Part shown: positions 1-12,378 of the stretch, piece by piece
How the letters are laid out: the number at the start of each line of letters is the position of its first letter
How positions within the stretch are numbered: position 1 is the stretch's first letter
Source: Octopus vulgaris
Taxonomy: Eukaryota
NCBI GenBank assembly: GCA_951406725.2
Contig: OX597832.1
Coordinates: forward strand, 6,510,001-6,574,000
DNA length: 64,000 nucleotides
Direction: 5' to 3'
Translations under genes and position numbers: made by a program
Notes under the pieces: model-generated
The model's database searches: none
The model's input: the letters and a program-made list of their open reading frames with translations, nothing else
What the model was told of the DNA's origin: nothing

Positions 1-129
1 ATATCTATCATAATTTTTTTAAATACTGTTATTAAAGAAAGGCAATACATCCTTCTTTCGTTACAGCTTTTGTGTAGAACTCTTTGCCTATGTTATCATT
101 ACTAAGCTGTATTGGTATCTTTCAAATAT

Positions 130-345
130 ATGTTCTAGGATTTTGACAAGACCATTGACAAAGCTATTCTACTTCTCATTGGCATCTTTTTAAAGGATGT
201 GCTAAATATTTTCTTGAAATCAATAAAGATGTAGTACAGATTTTCTTTACTGTGTCACTGAATTTGTAAGTACATGTTAACATATTCAACTTTATTTGAA
301 TGAATTTATAATTGAGGAGATTCCAAATTTGGCATTTGCAAATGA
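130..345 (-). pseudogene. Decayed non-LTR (RTE-like) reverse transcriptase fragment
   Basis: Minus strand reads KENLYYIFIDFKKIFS, resembling the LINE RT motif (L)Y.(V)FIDFKKAFD; the flanks are broken by stops. Confidence 0.5.
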
Positions 346-821
346 AATGACGAACTTGTATTTATCAACATCAGGTTGCATTTTGATGGATGACTATTAA
401 AGGTGGTTCATGAACTGTTCAGATGAGCTGCTAGGTAGGAGGTTGACAGCTTCTATTAATTAGGTGATCTAATTGAAGGCAGCTGTAGGAATATTATAGC
501 AGCTTCAGGAAGGGAGAAAAAAGGTAGTTCAAGCAGCATTGGCAAGAAAGGTCTTCCTTGTATGTATGAAAGGCAAATTGTGTAATGCATATATTATAAA
601 CACAACTCATGCACATGTATATATGTTGGGGACTAATACAATATTAATTGAAGAATACATTTCATATCTGTGTGTGTGTGTGTGTGTATATATATGGGTG
701 CTGGCATGGCTCGAAGTTAAGTTTCCTTTCTAACTACGTGATTCCAGACTTCAGTCCCATTCCATTGCAGCTAGGGCAAGTGTCTTCTGCTATAGCCCTG
801 GGCCATCCACAGCTTTGTGGA

Positions 822-875
<54 letters not shown>

Positions 876-877
<2 letters not shown>

Positions 878-1268
878 CTCTCTTTTACTCTTTTACTTGT
901 TTCAGTCATTTGACTGCGGCCATGCTGGAGCACCGCCTTTAATCAAGCAACTCAACCCCGGGACTTATTCTTTTGTAAGCCCAGTACTTATTCTATCAGT
1001 CTCTTTTGCCGAACCGCTAAGTGACGGGGACATAAACACACCAGCATCGGTTGTCAAGCAATGCTAGGGGACAAACATACACACGCATATATATATATAT
1101 ACATACATATATACGACGGGCTTCTTTCAGTTTCCGTCTACCAAATCCACTTTGGTCGGCCCGAGGCTATAGTAGAAGACACTTACCCAAGGTGCCATGC
1201 AGTGGGACTGAACCCGGAACCATGTGGTTGGTAGACAAGCTACTTACCACACAGCCACTCCTGCGCCT
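876..1268 (-). mobile_element. SINE family A (tRNA-like head, CORE-like body, internal microsatellite, AAAAGAGT tail), near full length
   Basis: Minus strand has an A-box-like TGGCTGTGTGGT, a B-box-like GGTTCAGTCCC, then GCACCTTGGGTAAGTGTCTT (CORE-like), an internal TA/TG tract and the tail ...GAAACAAGTAAAAGAGTAAAAGAG. More than 10 homologous copies occur in the window. Confidence 0.85.
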
Positions 1269-1284
1269 ATATATATATATATAT

Positions 1285-2047
1285 ATATATGCATACATAC
1301 AAACATATATGTACGTACCTACATCTACATGTATATATACATGCATATATAAATATATATACGTGTGTATAGGACACCAAATAGACGTAGAACTCAACGA
1401 GAAACGAAAACGTAAAAACAGCATGGAACGGACCATTCCTTTAACAACGGAAAAACAGTACAAGACAACTACACAAGGAAAAATCCCCTTCATCAGCCGT
1501 CCCTAGTTCAACTCCAGCGTGTTTCGAAGGTGAGGACAGAACATGTCTCATCGAACTAGTCCAAAAAAAAAATTTTTCCTCGTCTAGGCTTATAGGCCCT
1601 CTTTATTTGTTTTCCTGTCCTGTTTCTATTCCTTCTTGTAATTGTATTTTTATTTTGTATTTGTTTTTAATTGTATTGTTTTTACGTCCTGTTTTTGTCA
1701 CTTCCCCCCCCTTTTTTTTTCCTTGTTTTTACCCCTCTGCAAAGGAATTTTATTTAATTCTTTCGCTGGAAGGACTAGTTCGACGAGACATGTTCTGTCC
1801 TCACCTTCGAAACATGCTGGAGTTGAACTAGGGACGGCTGATGAAGGGGATTTTTCCTTGTGTAGTTGTCTTGTACTCTGTTTTTTCGTTGTTAAAGGAA
1901 TGGTCCGTTCCATGCTGTTTATTCGTTTCTCGTTGAGTTCTACGTCTATTTGTGGTGTCCTGTACACACGTATATATATTTATATATGCACGTATATATA
2001 CATATAGATGTAGGTACGTACATATATGTTTGTATGTATGCATATAT
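1285..2047. repeat. Inverted repeat with ~275 bp arms (1285-1562 and 1772-2047), probable Penelope-like terminus with inverted copy
   Basis: The arms are near-perfect reverse complements with a few substitutions and indels, separated by a ~210 bp spacer. They contain CTGATGA followed by a hairpin. A diverged relative lies at 51278-51505. Confidence 0.8.
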
Positions 2048-2164
2048 TTTATTTATTACACTATTGTATGACTGAGTGCCTTCGCGTCGATTAGTTTGGT
2101 TTGGTTTCGTTTCTTCTTCTCTAAGCTGGTTTTTATATATATATATATATATGTATGTATATAA

Positions 2165-2325
2165 ACACAGGAGCGGGTGTGTGGTTAGAAGCTTGCTGCC
2201 CAACCACATGGTTCCGGGTTCAGTCCCATTGTGTGTAGCCTTGGATAAGTATCTTCTGTTATAGCCTCAGGCCAACCAAAGCCTTCTGAGTGCATTTCAT
2301 AGATGGAAACTGAAAGAATCCCATC

Positions 2326-2330
<5 letters not shown>
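2165..2330 (+). mobile_element. SINE A/B shared 5' half
   Basis: GGGTGTGTGGTTAGAAGC...GGTTCCGGGTTCAGTCCC...GGAAACTGAAAGAATCCCATCG, ending in (TA)n. Confidence 0.8.
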
Positions 2331-2360
<30 letters not shown>

Positions 2361-2403
2361 GGGAAGCTTTATGAAAATAAACAAAAGATGAAGGCAGGTG
2401 GAG

Positions 2404-2453
<50 letters not shown>

Positions 2454-2767
2454 ACATGCATATATACATGTGTGTATATAAGTATGTATACATATCTATG
2501 TGTATATGCATATATATATATATTTGTATATGTATGTATGTGTATATGTTTTCATATATATATATATTCATATATGTCTGTATATATATATGTGTATATG
2601 TATGTATATATACATATGTATATGTATATATACGTATATGTATATATATGGTTCCCAAATGGTGCAGCGGAAGAGCATTGCAGGTGTGGTGGAATAATTG
2701 AGGGACAATAAAAGATTTCAAAACAGTTTTTGTGATAGTTGCATTGTGCTTCTAAGTTCGGTATCCT

Positions 2768-3268
2768 GACCCGGCAGAACAAGTGAGACCATAACCCGTG
2801 GACTCTACCAGGGATGTAGCCAGTTCACTTATGCATACCTTTCCTTCTTGTGACACAAACCCTACTTGTGAAGACTTGTTGAGGCAAGTGAAAATCAAAA
2901 TCAAAATCGATCAACATCAATGGAATTTGTAGTTTGTGGTACCAGTGCAGGTAGTACGTAAGACAACCATCCGAACATGGCCGTTGCCAGCGCCGCCCCG
3001 ACTGGCCTTGTGCCGGTGGCACGTATAAAGCACCATCCGATCGTGGCCGTTTGCCAGCCTCGTCTGGAACCTGTGCCGGTGGCACGTAAAAAGCACCCAC
3101 TACACTCACGGAGTGGTTGGCGTTAGGAAGGGCATCCAGCTGTAGAAACATTGCCAGATCAGACTGGTCCTGGTGCAGCTTTCTGGCTCCCCAGACCCCA
3201 GTTGAACCGTCCAACCCATGCTAGCATGGAAAGCGGACGCTAAACGAAGATGATGATGATGATGATGA
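2768..3268 (+). mobile_element. 5'-truncated RTE LINE 3' UTR with tandem hairpin units and (ATG)n tail
   Basis: Colinear with 36533-37160 and 45928-46852. Has TGGCGTTAGGAAGGGCATCCAGC, CCAACCCATGCTAGCATGGAAAGCGGACG and a (GAT)n tail. Confidence 0.8.
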
Positions 3269-3314
3269 TATATATATAGATATATATATATTGTGTGTGT
3301 GTATATGTATGTGC

Positions 3315-3359
<45 letters not shown>

Positions 3360-3361
<2 letters not shown>

Positions 3362-3678
3362 ATGCGCATCACTTAGTGGTCAGGGCATTTGGCTCACAAT
3401 CGCTACGTTGTGATTTCAACTGCCAGCAACACATGTTCTTGAAGATGACATTTTATTACATTGTTCTCCCGTCTACTCAGCTGGCAAAAATGAGTAGTAC
3501 CTCTATTTCAAATTCGGCCAGCCTTGTCACATCCTGTGTCATTTTAAAGTTCCCAGTGAACTATGTTCACGGCATGCATGTCTGTAGAGTGCTCCGCCAT
3601 TTGCACATTATTTTCATGAGCAAGCCAATTCGTGGATCAGATCAACTGGAATCCTCATCGTCGTAAGCGGAGTTCCAG
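3360..3678 (+). mobile_element. Diverged tRNA-derived SINE (third family)
   Basis: Degenerate A-box (CACTTAGTGGTCAGGGC) and body TGTTCTTGAAGATGACATTTTATTACA...ACTCAGCTG, similar to 61822-62060. Confidence 0.55.
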
Positions 3679-3686
3679 TATATATA

Positions 3687-3921
3687 ATCATCATCATCAT
3701 ATGTCCGTTTTCCATGCTAGCATGGGTTGGACGGTTCAACCGGGGTCTGGGAAGCCAGGAGGTTGCACCAGGCTCCAGTCTGATCTGGCAGTGTTTCTAC
3801 AGCTGGATGCCCTTCCTAATGCCAACTACTCCGTGAGTGTAGTGGGTGCTTTTTACGTGCCAGGCAAGGCTGGCAATAGCCACTATTGGTTGGTGCTTTC
3901 TACGTGCCACCAGCATGGAAG

Positions 3922-3922
<1 letters not shown>
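3687..3922 (-). mobile_element. RTE LINE 3' end fragment
   Basis: (CAT)n, then TCCGTTTTCCATGCTAGCATGGGTTGGACGG...CAGCTGGATGCCCTTCCTAATGCC. Confidence 0.8.
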
Positions 3923-3971
<49 letters not shown>

Positions 3972-4029
3972 ATACATGTATATATACTTTTATATATGTA
4001 TGTGTATTTGTAAATGTGTATATATGTGT

Positions 4030-4415
4030 GTGTGGTAAGTAGCTTGCTTACCAACCACACAGTTTTGGGATCAGTCCCACTGTGTGGCACCTTGGGCAAG
4101 TGTCTTCTACCATAGCCTCAGGCTGATGAACGCCTTGTGAGATTTGGAAGATGGTAACTGAAAGAAGTCCATCATTATATATATACATATATATGTATGT
4201 GTGTGTGTTTGTGTGTCTGTATTTGTCCCCCCAACATTGCTTGACAACTGATGCTGAAGTGTTTACTTCCCCGTAACTTAGTGTTTCGGCAAAAGAGACT
4301 GATAGAATAAGTACTAGGCTTACCAAGAATAAGTCCTGAGGTTGATTTGCCTGACTAAAGATGATGCTCCAGCAGGGCCACAGTCAAGTGTCTGAAACAA
4401 ATAAAAGAATAAAAT
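4030..4415 (+). mobile_element. SINE family A
   Basis: Colinear with the reverse complement of 876-1268 from head to AAAAGAATAAAA tail. Confidence 0.8.
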
Positions 4416-4591
4416 AATACATATATGTATATATCATTAAAAATAGGATAAAATCTTTATAAGAAATATTCAATTAGTCAGCGATGTACATATCTATATG
4501 TATATGTATACATGTATATGTGTGTGTGTATATATGAATATGTATGGATATATATATATATATATATATATGTGTGTATGTGTATATATGA

Positions 4592-4626
<35 letters not shown>

Positions 4627-4728
4627 TATACATATATCTATATGTGTGTATGTGTATATATGAATATGTGTATATATATATATATATCTATATATATATG
4701 TATACATATAGATATATGTATACATATA

Positions 4729-4775
<47 letters not shown>

Positions 4776-6784
4776 ATGTGTATATATGTAACCCATAAGA
4801 CCATAATTTAACCAAGAAGGTGTCTCTGCAGATGTCTAGTGCAACAATATTACTTTCCTCATAATCCTCAAGAGTACACAATAACTGGTGAGATCTGGAG
4901 TCAAGGAAGATATACTGGTGTGAAATAAGTCGCAGCTTTTCCATTATCTTTTAGGTGTTTGAAGTATGGAAAATTGGATGCTAGCTGTGTGAAGGAGATT
5001 GCTCTTCTTAGAGATGAAAAATACCCAGACATGTTTCTTAAGACTGGAATAAAACTCTGTAGATGACAAGGATTAGAGTTTGACAAGGACATGAGCTAGT
5101 TGAGTGTGAAATATTAACTACACCTTATGAGTTGTTTCATTATTAGATCACTAAAGTTATTGTTAGTCTTCTAAAGCAGCTACTTGGTACTTCGTATTTA
5201 AAATTCAAATGATCTTTGTTTCTAAATAAGATTAGTGTAAAAGGTGCAGAATGTATCCCTGTTGAAAGCTTATTTTGTGAGAAGGACAAATTTTAAAACA
5301 ATAGTTAGACATTTTGCCAAACCTGTAGTGTGCGTGTTGGTGTTGGGGGGTGAATGTACTTGCATGTGTGTACGTATTTGTTCACAAAGCTTCTTTTATG
5401 TATCTGCCAACTAATGAAAGAAAAAAATAAGGTCAATTTCTCCAATCTTTATCTTACATTTCATTAAGCTTTAATCTTTTTTGTGAGTAAATATCTGTTA
5501 CTTAGTGTGAGTTGATGAAAGATAATTGGGCTCATGTACTGATACCACCTTTTGAATCACTTTCTCTATTGTTTAGTTCTATTGTAATGTACTACTGTCG
5601 GTACTGTATTTGCTTGACTAACATTTATTTCAAGGTTTCTCTTTAGTTCATCTAACTTCTTTGTTACCAATTGTCATCAGAACCAAAAAGTTAGATGAAC
5701 TGAAGAGAAACTTTGGAATAAATTATTATATTACTCTCACAGTTGAGTAAGTCAGTTTGAGTCATCATGTTCTTCCTCTTTCTGATTTTTAATGCATGAG
5801 GTATATAGTGACTACTTATTGATTTCTTACATTGGAATCAGGCCACAGCTTTATAAGGTGGAAAATAGTTAATTCAGTTAACCTCAGTACATGCCTGCTA
5901 CCTAGTTTATCAACTATGTAAAGAACAATGGGGAAAAAAATCAACTTTCAGAACAAAGAAATTGAACTGAATACTGAAATATATTATTTGTTGTTGATTA
6001 GCCCTGTGTTTTCTATAATTGAGCAGGACTGTGATCAAAGGTATTACAGCCATGGCCATCCTCTCAGTTTTACATTTAAGACCACATTATATTGTGTGTC
6101 CTTTCTTATAAACATTGTGGAGTATAATTTGTAAGAATTTGGCATCTATTTCTAGCATGTCATGCAACCTCATGGAGACTCCTTTATCACCTCAGAAATG
6201 CATTTAATCTAATGCACCGGTGTTTCTACCCTTCCTTTATCTTATACTTAACATATTATCATTCCCTTATCAATAAGCTGGCTCCCCTTCCCCCAAACAA
6301 AAATGTAAACCTTCTAAAAGCTAAGGCCACAATCTAGTGTTGAATTTTCAATGTAGCCATTATCACTTGTCTCACGGTAAAAGGTATGAATGTTGAGCAC
6401 ACACCTATACTAATTTTTCTTTTTACCTATAAACCTTAGATCATGCCAAGAATTTGTTATCATTCTTGACACCCATGCTCAACTTGGTATTTTTAATGTT
6501 ATATTTCTGCAACATTATCATTCTGTTATTAACCAAAACCTTGTACTTTCCACAGTTTTTTGGTTTAACTTACATGCTCTAGTATTTGTTATGTTACCAT
6601 TCTAACCTTTTGTCTGCAACTCTATTGTAAAGATCATTTTTGTTTTCTAATACAGAAGTCTGAGCACCCAATAATACAATAGTTGCTTCTGTGAAGTGCC
6701 TATTTAGTCACTTTCTTTTTTTTCTGGTTTCAAATCCTACTGAGATAAAATTGGCAATTTCGTACCATCAGGATTAGTAAAATT

Positions 6785-6990
6785 GGTTTCAAATTTTGTT
6801 GCAAGGCCAGCAGTTTCAAGGAGAAACATTGACTATAGATTTTAACTGGTGCGTTTTTTATCGACCTCAAAAGATAAAGATAAAAGATAAAGTCAATCTC
6901 AGCAGAATTTAAACTCAGAAAGTAAAAATGGACGAAATGCCATTAAGCATTTGCTTGCTGTGCTAATGATTCTACTAGTTTGCCACTTTC
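6785..6990 (-). mobile_element. Meta-domain-like SINE
   Basis: Homologous to 20168-20382 and 58208-58420. Confidence 0.6.
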
Positions 6991-7007
6991 AGGATTAGTA
7001 AATTTTG

Positions 7008-7355
7008 TTGTTGTTTAGCTCCAAGTGTCAACCCTAATCAAGTAAACATTTCAATCATGACCATCCCATCTTTTTTTTTTTTAACATAATGGACTACTAT
7101 ATTATACAATGTGTTCTGCCTTCATCTAAGGCATTAAGAATGTGATTTGAGGTACTGTTTCTAGCAAGTTGGGTGAACTTAAAGAAGCTTCTCTGTTAGC
7201 CATGATCCAGCAAAACCTCTGGTCCCTTTTGTATGCCAATGACTAGAACATTGTCCATTGTGTTCTTCCTGCTTTGAAAATAGTAGGGGTGTGATTTGAG
7301 GGAGATGTGGCTGCTATTTGTTGCAAGTTAAGCTATCAAGTAAAGGCTCCCTCAA
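7008..7355 (+). repeat. Two tandem copies of an unclassified ~170-200 bp dispersed repeat
   Basis: Shared motif GTGTGATTTGAGGGAGATGTGGCTGCTATTT..GCAAG. Relatives at about 5990-6190, 20845-21045, 59630-59820 and 20560-20735 (-). Confidence 0.55.
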
Positions 7356-7418
7356 ATATAAAGATTTTGCTTTGCAATAAAAATTAGGGGTTTATTGTAG
7401 TGAAGTAGACTGATTGAC

Positions 7419-7451
<33 letters not shown>

Positions 7452-7853
7452 TTCTTTTACTTGTTTCAGTATTCAGTCATTTGACTGCAGTCATGCTGGA
7501 GCACCATCTTTAGTCGAATAAATCGACCCCAGGACTTATTCTTTGTAAGCCTAGTAATTATTCTATTGATATCTTTTGCTGAACTGCTAAGTAACAGGGA
7601 TGTAAACATACCATCATCGGTTGTCAAGTAATGGTGGGGGTGACAAACACAGACATAAACAACAAACACATACATATATACAGATATATATATACGATAG
7701 GCTTCTTTCAGTTTCCATCTACCAAATCCACTCACAAGGCTTTAGTCAGCCCAAGGCTATAGTAGAAGACACTTGCCCAAGGTGCCATGTAGTAGGACTG
7801 AACCTGGAACTATATGGTTAGGAAGCAAGCTTCTACACAGCCACTCCTGCACC
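7452..7853 (-). mobile_element. SINE family A, full length
   Basis: Colinear with 876-1268. Confidence 0.85.
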
Positions 7854-7998
7854 TATAACATAATATATATATATATATTAAAGAACCCGAGTGTTGACCA
7901 CCCAGACTGCAAAATGGAGGCATCGCAGCATGTTAAACGGGGTCCTGCCCATAGGGGACAGTAGCAGGATGGGTCAGAACGACTGTTCTACAAAATAA

Positions 7999-8034
<36 letters not shown>

Positions 8035-8074
8035 CAAATCTATCTCCTGCTTACTTAAGAAATTATTATAAAAT

Positions 8075-8676
8075 CTTTGCTTGCGAAGACCTGTTGAGGC
8101 AAGTGAAATCAATCAAAATCAAATTCGATGACTGGTGTCCGTGCTAGCAGGGTGTAAAGAGCACCATAAGAGTGTGATCATTGACAGAGTGGCTAACCAG
8201 CATCCGTGCCAGTGGCACTTAAAGGGCACCATTCAAGCATGATCCTTACCAGCGTCGCCTTACTGGCACTTGTGCCCGTGCAAGTAGGGTGCCAAGAGCA
8301 CCATCCGAGCGTGATCGTTGCCAGAGCAGCCAGCTGGCTTCCATGCCAGTGGCACATAAAAGGGCACCATTCGAGCGTGATCATTACCAACATCGCCTTA
8401 CTGGCACCTGTGCTGGTGGCATGTGTAAAAGGATTCGAGTGAGGTCGTTGCCAGTACCGCCTGACTGGCCCCCGTGCCAGTGGCATGTAAAAAGCACCCA
8501 CTACACTCTCGGAGTGGTTGGCATTAGGAAGGGCATCCAGCTGTAGAAAATCTGCCAAATCAAGATTGGAGCCTGGTGCAGCCATCTGGTTCGCCAGCCC
8601 TCAGTCAAAATCGTCCAACCCATGCTAGCAGGGAAAGCGGATGTTAAACGACGACAACGATTATGATGATGATGAT
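8075..8676 (+). mobile_element. RTE LINE 3' UTR with 5-6 tandem hairpin units
   Basis: GAAGACCTGTTGAGGCAAGTGAAATC, repeated GTGCCAGTGGCAC...GCACCAT.CGAGCGTGATC units, GGAAGGGCATCCAGC and an (ATG)n tail. Confidence 0.8.
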
Positions 8677-10687
8677 ATATATATATATATATACTAACTT
8701 TTTCAAAAAACTTTTGTGTCTCAGGACAATATTGCTGTTACTGTAATTTGATTCTATATATCACACTATTGTTGTAGTATTATAGTTATTCTTAACAATT
8801 TGATATTGCGTGGGTTGACATAAAAGCTAGAGTACTGGCTTTCTAAATATTTGAGGCAAAGCTTTACTATTAAAATCCTGCTGATGTTGCCCTCATTTTC
8901 CACTTTTGCAAGATTAACAATTAACATATCAGTTTTATATTAGACTTAATTAAGTTGGCTGCACCCTGTTACATTTGCTTTATCAAGAGAACTAATTATT
9001 TTTGCCCTTCAGAAGGGAGTATAATTATTGCCTAAGTGTGCACATTCAATTGTAATGTTGATCAAGATTCTTTACTATTTCTATCTTACAAAAGTGTATA
9101 CTTAATTACGAAATCATTATTTTAACATTTTATGTGATCAAGTATTCTCAGTAAATGGAATTCATGAGCTACTTTTGATTTTTGACTGAACAGCTTTACT
9201 TATGGAACCAGTTCTTTTGAGAAATACACGATGGCTGCTTATTTTGTTTAATTATGTTCCAGTCATTATTTAATTAGCCTTAGAGCCTGATTAAATAATG
9301 ACTTTCAGCTCATTTTTCCACTGTTGTACTATTTGGTACTTTCATCAATCTATCTTCATTTCTGAATTTCTTTTTTTATCTTTTATTAGATTCATCTAGT
9401 TAATTTTAAACCTTTTAATACCAATAAACCATCTGTATTAAAGTGTTCAAATTTTCGAAATTTCATAGTTGTGTAAGATAATGGTCAATTTCAGTTGGTA
9501 TATTAGTCTTTTATTAAGTTGAAAGTTAGTTATTTCACTAAGTCTCGTGTGATTCTTGATCATTTCAATAATTAAAACATGAAACAGCATTTATTGTTAT
9601 ATATATATGGCCACAAAATTGCTTTAAATATATATTTGTTATATCCCAGCTTTGTTTTTAATGCTGAAGTTGAAGCTATTTACACATTTCTTTCACTCAA
9701 AACTGTTGCCAACTAAACCCAGTCTATTATTTGAGAATGACTGCTCTAAATATTTTTAAGTGGTGAATGTACAAGGTTAGTGAATTTTCAACAGGATTTA
9801 TAACTTATCTGTGTTCTCAACTGGACAAAGTATCTCATTTGTGAGACATTAGATCAATTACAGGAAAATAGTTGTTTGTTTCTTGGAAGGCTATACAATT
9901 ATAAGTCATATATCCTGTTTATCTAACCTACTTTTTTGTTAAAAATTTGTTTCATGTCAAGAGAAATTTCCTTTTGCATGAAACCAGTGGTTGCCTTGTT
10001 AACCCATAAAGAAAGAATATTTATCCACCAATGTAGTCTTGTGCAGTTATGCTCACTGTTCAATACTAGAGTATGTGTGTGTGTGTGCATATATATATAT
10101 ATATGTATATAGGTACAAAAAATTCAGGGTGAATACTTGATAACTGTAAGCACCTGTATATGCCAGTTAGTGGTGTAGGTGATAGGGTATATTTATCAAA
10201 GGAAAACAGGATGCAAAGGATTTAGCGGTACATATGTTTCTGGCTTTATTGGACAGTTTATATCAATGCATAATTGATGTAACATGTATGTCAATAGCCT
10301 TCTTCAGCCGTGCACAATTACCACACCAAAGACATGTATTACATTATTGCAGGTTTGAGAAGAAGTTTTGGAAAAAGATGAGTTTCGTTGGGAATGCAAA
10401 TCCTCATAGTCATATATGGCAAAGCGAGACAACAAAACAAAACGTCCATACCATATATATATATATATATATCGTTGTCATCATTGTTTAACATCTATTT
10501 TCCAATATTTGCATATATAAAAAAACAATGTTCAGGAACAATGATAATTTACAATAAATTGTATGCCCATATGCAATCTATGTGAGAGTCTTTTCAAAAC
10601 ATTGTCTGGTTTAAAAAGCCATATCAGAGGCCATGATGGATTCTAAGTTGTAGGTACAAGAGGTGGTCAAACTCTGCATATTCACAC

Positions 10688-10865
10688 ATAAGGTGCTGTA
10701 AAGTTCCTGGATTTGGGTAAATGAAAATACAGGAGAATCAGTTAATTATGATTTTATTCAACATATTCTCCTCTCAGGTTCACACACTTATTGCAGCAAT
10801 CCTTCAGTTTTTCTTAGCCCTGTAAAAGTATTCAGAAGGTTAGTCTTCCCACCAGGCCTTTTCAC
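10688..10865 (-). mobile_element. Mariner (Tc1/mariner) 3' end fragment
   Basis: Minus strand translates KLKDCCNKCVNLRGEYVE*, matching the mariner transposase C-terminus (KL..RW.KC....G.Y.E). A TIR-like GGTGCTGTAAAGTTCC is adjacent. Confidence 0.7.
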
Positions 10866-11322
10866 TATATATATATTGATTATTTGTATCAATTATTGTC
10901 TTTCTTGTTATACTGCTTGTTCATTCCACTTGAATGAAAGTGTACATAGATTGGACTAACTTGGAGATTGAACTCACTCCCATCAGGAAAACTACAACAC
11001 TTAACATGCAATCATTGCTTATGATCACCATCTCATTCTACTGACTCGAAATCCCAAGAACAATACATTACGGAACATAACAGTCATCTGATGAAGCACC
11101 AGAGAATGATAAAATGGTTGTGACATTGTGGTTAACAACAAGGAGGGGTTCAAATGTGTCAGTGTACAATAAATTGAAATGCCCTAGTGTATAATAAAAT
11201 ACTTTCAGCACGTACCAAAATATGGTATGTGTGTATATAGTTACACACACACATACACACACACAAATACTTACATACAAATATGTATATACATATTTAT
11301 ACACATATGCTTACATATATAT

Positions 11323-11354
<32 letters not shown>

Positions 11355-11360
<6 letters not shown>

Positions 11361-11485
11361 TTTATAGAAGGAGCTTCTACAGGACTAGAACTGTTTCATT
11401 CAAATGAAATCATCAGGAGTTTCCTGATGATTTCATTTGAATGAAACAGTTCTAGTCCTGTAGAAGCTCCTTCTATAAAATAAAT
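11355..11485. repeat. Perfect palindrome: 64-bp arms (11355-11418 and 11422-11485), 3-nt loop
   Basis: Checked base by base: 64 of 64 pairs are complementary, loop GTT. Confidence 0.97.
11415..11471 (+). ncRNA. Type I hammerhead ribozyme motif (Penelope-type)
   Basis: Stem I AGGAGUUUC/GAAGCUCCU (9 bp, one GU), core CUGAUGA at 11424-11430, stem II UUC-AUUU-GAA with a U.U at its base, GAAA at 11443-11446, stem III ACAG/CUGU, cleavage triplet GUA at 11460-11462. Confidence 0.7.
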
Positions 11486-11553
11486 TAATTTACTCTGCTA
11501 TGTATTGAGTACCTTATTTACTGTGGTTAACCTCGACTCAACCCGGGACCTAC

Positions 11554-11590
<37 letters not shown>

Positions 11591-11724
11591 TGTATTTACA
11601 CAGAAATATATCACATACATATATATACATACATATACACACACACACATAACGTATGAACACATACACGCACACATTCGCACAGAAGGAAATTCATAAA
11701 TCTATCCTCATTTAAGGTCAGACA

Positions 11725-12232
11725 AAATTTTCTACATTCCTGTTGTCAACCCGAATCCAGTGCTCCGCAATCGATATGCCGTGACACATTAGTGTGCCAT
11801 GAGATGATGCAAGGTGTGCCTCATTGTAATTTGAATATAATTTTTTTCTTCCCTATACTTTTAATTATATTTTTAGTTCAGGTGTGCTCTCGAATTGCAA
11901 ATTGAAAAAAGTTGTGAAGCACTGCCCTAACCTGTTCCCAGGCAATGTAATATTTCCCATAGCCAGATATGCTTTACCACAAAAGATTTGGAAATGATGA
12001 ACATTGTAGGACGTTAATACTCATTTACAACCATCACAAGATGTCAAGACTAGGTCACACACACCATCTACATGATGGGCTTCTTTCAGTTTCCAACTTT
12101 CAAATCCATACATAAGGATTTGGTTGGCTTGGAGCTGTAGCAGAAGACACTTGACCAAGGTACCATTTGGTGGTACTAACCCGAGATAACATTGTTGAGA
12201 AGCAAGTTCTTTTTACCACTCGACCATGCTTA
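11725..12232 (-). mobile_element. SINE family B (shared head, RTE-like tail) interrupted by a hAT MITE
   Basis: Homologous to the reverse complement of 13960-14375; split at 11758-11924. Confidence 0.65.
11758..11924. mobile_element. hAT-like MITE
   Basis: TIRs CAGTGCTCCGCAA / TTGTGAAGCACTG; 8-bp flanks CCCGAATC and CCCTAACC match at 6 of 8 positions (putative TSD). Confidence 0.65.
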
Positions 12233-12341
12233 TGTGTGTGTGTGTGTCATTGACTTCATACAATTATATATGTTTGTTTGTGTGTGTTTACATATATAAT
12301 GTCCAATCCATACTAGGATGGAAGGCAGACATTTAATGATG

Positions 12342-12378
<37 letters not shown>

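Noticed and set aside
11080-11140. Hammerhead at CTGATGAAGCACC
   Set aside because: No GAAA in register and no convincing stems I or III.
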